Shown here: in pieces, positions 15,845 to 20,000 of the stretch
Layout: each line of letters starts with the position of its first letter
Numbering within the stretch: the stretch's first letter is position 1
IMG/VR virus record: IMGVR_UViG_3300025108_000030
Source: an uncultured virus (IMG/VR IMGVR_UViG_3300025108_000030)
Taxonomy: Duplodnaviria > Heunggongvirae > Uroviricota > Caudoviricetes > Kyanoviridae
Reading direction: 5' to 3' (one strand)
DNA: 20,000 nt
Program-made: the position numbers and the translations under genes
The notes under the pieces: model-generated
Told to the model about the DNA's origin: nothing
Seen by the model: only the letters and a program-made list of their open reading frames with translations
The model's database searches: none

Positions 15845-16872
15845 AGATCTTATTGATTACGGACCAACACTTTGGTGTTCGTAACGACAATCAGTATTTT
15901 ATTGAGAGTTATAGAAAATTTTATACCAAGGTAGTTATACCGTACATCGAAAAGTTTAACATCGAGCAAGTGATTGCTCTTGGAGATACTTTTGATAAGC
16001 GTAGGTCAATCAACTTCATGTCTCTGGAAGCAGCAAAGGACATGTGGTTTGATCCTTTAAGTAAACTAGGTGTACAAATGCGTATGCTAGTAGGTAACCA
16101 TGACATATATTACAAAAATACTTTGCGAGTTAATGCCCCAAGTGAGTTACTTGCAGGGTACACAAACATCAGTGTCATCGATAATCCCACCACTGCTGTT
16201 TACGATGGTCTTCCTATACTCCTTCTGCCTTGGATTTGCGATGAAAATCGTGCAGCAGTTCTTGAAGAAGTAGGAACTACTAAAGCAGAAGTATGCATGG
16301 GACACTTAGAACTTAATGGTTTTGAAGCACACCCTGGACATGTAATGGAAAGTGGTATGGATAAGAATACGTTCTCAAAATTTAAGAAAGTATTTTCTGG
16401 ACACTATCACATGAAATCTAGTAAAGGTAATGTGTCTTACTTGGGTAATCCATACCAGTTATATTGGAATGACTATGGATGTAAAAGAGGGTTCCATGTA
16501 TTTGATACCGACACTCTGAGAACAACTTTTATTAGAAATCCATTTGACACTTTCCATAAAGTGTACTACAATAATGGAGTAAGTTTGCCAGATTCTAGCG
16601 AACTACAAGGAGCATATGTCAAACTGATCGTAGAAGAGAAGGGAGATTATGCAAAGTTTGATTACACAGTCAATCAACTTCAATCAATGTCTTTGGGTGA
16701 TTTAAAAATCATCGAAGACCTTAATGCAGAAGTCTCTAGTGATTCGGTGTTGGAAACCGAAGACACTATGACTCTCCTAGATAACTACATAGATGAAATA
16801 GATCTTAAGGTTAGCAAAACTAATGTTAAGAATCTAATGAGATCCCTATACATGGAAGCATCTGAAATCTAA
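15841..16872 (+). CDS. gp47: Recombination endonuclease subunit (Mre11/SbcD-like)
   Basis: 343 aa. Metallophosphoesterase motifs 'TDQHFG', 'LGDTFD', 'VGNHD', 'GHLE', 'SGHYH'. Confidence 0.95.
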   Translation: MKILLITDQHFGVRNDNQYFIESYRKFYTKVVIPYIEKFNIEQVIALGDTFDKRRSINFMSLEAAKDMWFDPLSKLGVQMRMLVGNHDIYYKNTLRVNAPSELLAGYTNISVIDNPTTAVYDGLPILLLPWICDENRAAVLEEVGTTKAEVCMGHLELNGFEAHPGHVMESGMDKNTFSKFKKVFSGHYHMKSSKGNVSYLGNPYQLYWNDYGCKRGFHVFDTDTLRTTFIRNPFDTFHKVYYNNGVSLPDSSELQGAYVKLIVEEKGDYAKFDYTVNQLQSMSLGDLKIIEDLNAEVSSDSVLETEDTMTLLDNYIDEIDLKVSKTNVKNLMRSLYMEASEI

Positions 16873-17120
16873 TGTTCGTTCTAACAGACACAAACTCAGG
16901 CGGTATCTATGCCGTAAACAGCAAAGATAAAATCAAAACTGTTACTGTATTTGAAGATCGTGACGACGCAGAACGGTATGTACAACTACTACTTGCCGAT
17001 GATTATGAAGATGAACTAGAAATTTTTGAAGTTGACAAAGACGTTGTTGCTATCAACTGTAACACATACGGATATAGTTATTCCGTTATTGAAAAAGATG
17101 ATCTGATTGTCCCCCCGTAA
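16872..17120 (+). CDS. Small acidic hypothetical protein between gp47 and gp46
   Basis: 82 aa, 'FEDRDDAERY..LL', 'DDLIVPP'. TAATG overlaps at both ends. Confidence 0.8.
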   Translation: MFVLTDTNSGGIYAVNSKDKIKTVTVFEDRDDAERYVQLLLADDYEDELEIFEVDKDVVAINCNTYGYSYSVIEKDDLIVPP

Positions 17121-18841
17121 TGATTACATTTGAAACCATCCGCTGGAAAAACTTTCTTTCAACAGGAGACCAGTGGACTGAGATTGATTTTTGCGAGTCA
17201 TCCTCAACACTTATTGTAGGTTCTAATGGCGCAGGGAAGTCCACTATGTTGGACGCCCTGTGTTTTGCTTTGTTTGGAAAAGCATTCCGTAAGATTAACA
17301 AACCTCAACTAGTTAATAGCATCAACGAAAAGGATGCCAAAGTAGAAGTTACGTTTAGTATTGGTAGTGAGGAGTACCGTGTATTCCGAGGTATTAAACC
17401 TAATGTCTTTGAACTTTACAAAAATAATAAACTGGTTGATCAGGATGCAGCAACCAAAGACACGCAAAAGTATCTTGAGCAATCCGTACTCAAACTTAAC
17501 TATAAGTCATTTACCCAAGTTGTCATTCTTGGTTCTAGTACCTTTGTCCCCTTCATGCAACTTTCTGCCTCTCATAGGAGAGAGGTGATTGAAGATCTAC
17601 TAGACATTAATATCTTCTCGAATATGAATGGTCTTTTGAAAGATCGTATTCGTGCATCACAAGGTCAAAGTAAAGATTGTTCTCACATGTTGACTCTTGC
17701 CGAAGGTAAAGTCCATGCTCAGAAAAAATTAATCTATTCTCTTGAAGAAGTAAATCAGAATCGTCAAGAAGAAAAACAGAAGAAGTATGATGAGAATCTT
17801 TCTCTCATGAAGAAAGTGCATGAAGATAAGTATATTGTAGAGAAAGATATTGAAGATACCGAAAGTAAAATTGGTGACTATGATGCCGCAGCAAAAACTT
17901 TATCATCTTTGCGTCAAGGTCAGTCAGATAGAAAATCCCAACTAAAAATTATCTCTAAAGACCTGAAGTTTTTCAAGGGACATGATGTATGTCCTACATG
18001 TACACAAGATATTAGTGGTGCCTTTAAGGATACTCAAATTGATAAATTGACAAACTCTGGCAAATTAGTTGCTGAAGAGATTGTTCAATTCAATGTAGAT
18101 GTTACTGAAGCGACTCAGATTGTGACTGAAATTTCTGAACAGTCTATGAAACTTAAAGAACTTTCCAGTAACCTTACTGCACTTGACCGTGACTACGTTA
18201 GACTAGAGTTTGATAATCTTCGCATTAAAGATGAACTTGTAAAGTTGCAGGAACATACTCCTAACATCGATAAAGAAAAAGAACATCTACAAAATGTTGA
18301 AGATGAGTATGCAAAAACAAAAACTGATTGTGCATCAGTCAGTCAGAGATTAGATGAGTTCCATGTGATTTCTTCACTGCTCAAAGATTCTGGAATCAAA
18401 AGTAGAATCATCAAAAAATATATTCCCATTTTCAATCAACTAATTAATAAGTATCTCCAATCAATGGACTTCTTTGTTAACTTCACACTCGATGAAGAGT
18501 TCAATGAAGTCATCAAGAGTCGCTTCAGGGATGAGTTTTCATATGCATCATTCTCTGAAGGTGAGAAGCAGAAGATTGATTTAGCACTTCTGTTTACTTG
18601 GCGTGAAGTTGCTCGTATGAAAAATAGTGTTGCTACTAATTTACTCATTCTTGATGAGGTGTTTGATAGTTCGCTAGATGCTGCTGGTACTGGAGAACTT
18701 CTTCAGATTCTTCGTGGTCTTGGAAAAGATACTAATGCGTTTGTTATATCACATAAAGGAGACATTCTTGTTGATAAGTTCTTACGAACACTGAAGTTTG
18801 AAAAGATCAATAATTTTTCAAAGATGTCGGATGAGTCCTAA
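17120..18841 (+). CDS. gp46: Recombination endonuclease ATPase subunit (Rad50/SbcC-like)
   Basis: 573 aa. Walker A 'GSNGAGKST', coiled coils with zinc hook 'CPTC', signature 'FSEGEK', Walker B 'LILDEVFD', 'ISHK'. Confidence 0.96.
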   Translation: MITFETIRWKNFLSTGDQWTEIDFCESSSTLIVGSNGAGKSTMLDALCFALFGKAFRKINKPQLVNSINEKDAKVEVTFSIGSEEYRVFRGIKPNVFELYKNNKLVDQDAATKDTQKYLEQSVLKLNYKSFTQVVILGSSTFVPFMQLSASHRREVIEDLLDINIFSNMNGLLKDRIRASQGQSKDCSHMLTLAEGKVHAQKKLIYSLEEVNQNRQEEKQKKYDENLSLMKKVHEDKYIVEKDIEDTESKIGDYDAAAKTLSSLRQGQSDRKSQLKIISKDLKFFKGHDVCPTCTQDISGAFKDTQIDKLTNSGKLVAEEIVQFNVDVTEATQIVTEISEQSMKLKELSSNLTALDRDYVRLEFDNLRIKDELVKLQEHTPNIDKEKEHLQNVEDEYAKTKTDCASVSQRLDEFHVISSLLKDSGIKSRIIKKYIPIFNQLINKYLQSMDFFVNFTLDEEFNEVIKSRFRDEFSYASFSEGEKQKIDLALLFTWREVARMKNSVATNLLILDEVFDSSLDAAGTGELLQILRGLGKDTNAFVISHKGDILVDKFLRTLKFEKINNFSKMSDES

Positions 18842-18844
18842 ATA
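18838..18844 (+). promoter_or_regulatory. Probable late promoter CTAAATA overlapping the gp46 stop
   Basis: Same variant as 7714, 9759 and 11621. Followed by SD GAGGAG at 18854-18859. Confidence 0.5.
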
Positions 18845-18866
18845 AACTTGATTGAGGAGAAAACTT

Positions 18867-19181
18867 TTGCTTTCTACACAGTACCGACTGCGCTTAGAGT
18901 TCATTTGTAAATGTATTGCCAATGGTGAAGAGGTAAAACTAGATGACATGATCTGGGCAGAGAAGTTGGCAAAGTCTCATACAACTGCTAGAGACTGGTT
19001 ACAAAAAGCACGAAGACAATCTTCTCAAGAAATTGAAGAAGGTAGTACCGACGATTTTCTGAATAGGATGGGACTAGGAGATCCCGACCCATCCAATCAT
19101 AGAAAGGGATTCACCGATGCTGACGATATCAAGAGTTGGTTTCACCAAGACAAACCTGATGACTGGAGGCAAAGAGATTAA
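18867..19181 (+). CDS. Hypothetical protein (104 aa, TTG start)
   Basis: MLSTQYRLRLEFICKCIANGEEVKLDDMIWAEKLAK...DWRQRD. The TTG at 18867 is 7 nt after GAGGAG, a better start than 18852. Confidence 0.8.
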   Translation: MLSTQYRLRLEFICKCIANGEEVKLDDMIWAEKLAKSHTTARDWLQKARRQSSQEIEEGSTDDFLNRMGLGDPDPSNHRKGFTDADDIKSWFHQDKPDDWRQRD

Positions 19182-19357
19182 TGCCAAGTGAATTTGATTA
19201 CGTCGAAGCACCTACAGAAGGTGAAGTTGATAAGTGGGGATTTACAATCAAACCTGCTATTAGCGATAACGAATTGATTCGTAGATGTCTACGCAATGCT
19301 CCTTGCGGTTGTGACAAAAAACAAGTTGAACGAGTGATCCAACAATACTATGACTAA
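19181..19357 (+). CDS. Small hypothetical protein (58 aa)
   Basis: MPSEFDYVEAPTEGEVDKWGFTIKPAISDNELIRRCLRNAPCGCDKKQVERVIQQYYD*. TAATG coupling to the upstream gene. Confidence 0.7.
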   Translation: MPSEFDYVEAPTEGEVDKWGFTIKPAISDNELIRRCLRNAPCGCDKKQVERVIQQYYD

Positions 19358-19454
19358 GAAACAATACAAACAATTGCTGCTAGATCATTTCACAGAGCAG
19401 TTAGATAAACTGACAGCGAAGGAACTGAAGGAACTTGCTGCGAGACATACATGA
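19350..19454 (+). CDS. Small hypothetical protein (34 aa)
   Basis: MTKKQYKQLLLDHFTEQLDKLTAKELKELAARHT*. 8-nt overlap upstream, ATGA overlap downstream. Amphipathic helical pattern. Confidence 0.6.
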   Translation: MTKKQYKQLLLDHFTEQLDKLTAKELKELAARHT

Positions 19455-19582
19455 AGGATTATGTCTGTATCCCCATGTGGGATCCCATTTTCGAGATGAT
19501 GCGCTATCATTGGGTACACAAGTCAGAAAGGGATCCTGAGCAATTCGTGAAAAATCTTAACCCAGAGCAAGAACGGTTATGA
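19451..19582 (+). CDS. Small hypothetical protein (43 aa)
   Basis: MKDYVCIPMWDPIFEMMRYHWVHKSERDPEQFVKNLNPEQERL*. ATGA overlaps at both ends. Confidence 0.65.
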   Translation: MKDYVCIPMWDPIFEMMRYHWVHKSERDPEQFVKNLNPEQERL

Positions 19583-19878
19583 GCAGTAAGATGCTGTTCT
19601 TAGTTGATGCTGGCAACGGCAGATGTATCACTCATGATGGGTACATTCAACTCGGCAGTTTCTCTCATACCGTAGAGAAACATCTTGAATTAAATCCAGA
19701 ACAAGAATGGCAGGTAACATACTGGATGCCAGATCCATTCTGTATCAGATACCCAAGAGCAAACTATCAGCATACTATGAAGGCGAACGAGGGTTCACCT
19801 AGAACTGATAATGCTTTAGATAGTCGTCCTAGAGACTTCCCAGATCAACCAACCGAAAGACTAGAGAGAACACTATGA
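19579..19878 (+). CDS. Hypothetical protein (99 aa)
   Basis: ORF track. Coupled by ATGA overlaps at both ends. Confidence 0.75.
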   Translation: MSSKMLFLVDAGNGRCITHDGYIQLGSFSHTVEKHLELNPEQEWQVTYWMPDPFCIRYPRANYQHTMKANEGSPRTDNALDSRPRDFPDQPTERLERTL

Positions 19879-20000
19879 AGATGTGGGAGACAGAATGCTC
19901 TGGTTGCGGTAAGATGATACCAGCAAATCAATGTCCTCAAGTCGGATGCTATGTTCCATCCGAGAATAAATATAAGAATTCACTATGCAAACCCTGTTGG
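19875..20000 (+). CDS. Putative small zinc-finger protein, partial
   Basis: MKMWETECSGCGKMIPANQCPQVGCYVPSENKYKNSLCKPCW... with CxxC...CxxC pairs. Runs off the end of the window. Confidence 0.65.
   Translation, partial: MKMWETECSGCGKMIPANQCPQVGCYVPSENKYKNSLCKPCW

Overview
A window from a T4-like marine cyanomyovirus (Kyanoviridae-type; a picocyanobacterial host is inferred from gene order and protein sequences). All credible genes are on the + strand. It holds the end of a thermonuclease-like gene, a glycine-rich putative virion protein, and the head/tail block gp17-gp18-gp19-gp20-(core)-gp21-gp22-gp23. An accessory insert follows (small Cys-rich ORF plus a 2OG-Fe(II) oxygenase), then gp3, uvsY, uvsW, gp55, gp47, gp46 and a run of tiny, translationally coupled ORFs. 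T4 late-promoter motifs (TATAAATA and variants) and three intrinsic terminators are visible. The most interesting signals are non-coding. (1) A self-contained unit between gp23 and the oxygenase has a sigma70-like promoter, a CX3C/CX3C microprotein, and a 3' element nearly complementary to the conserved cyanobacterial Yfr1 sRNA motif (candidate phage sRNA sponge). (2) A palindromic, overlapping pair of divergent sigma70 promoters upstream of gp55 includes a near-consensus antisense promoter. (3) An RBS-sequestering hairpin upstream of gp18 would be broken by initiation at the late promoter. All family assignments are from motif recognition and synteny; no searches were run.
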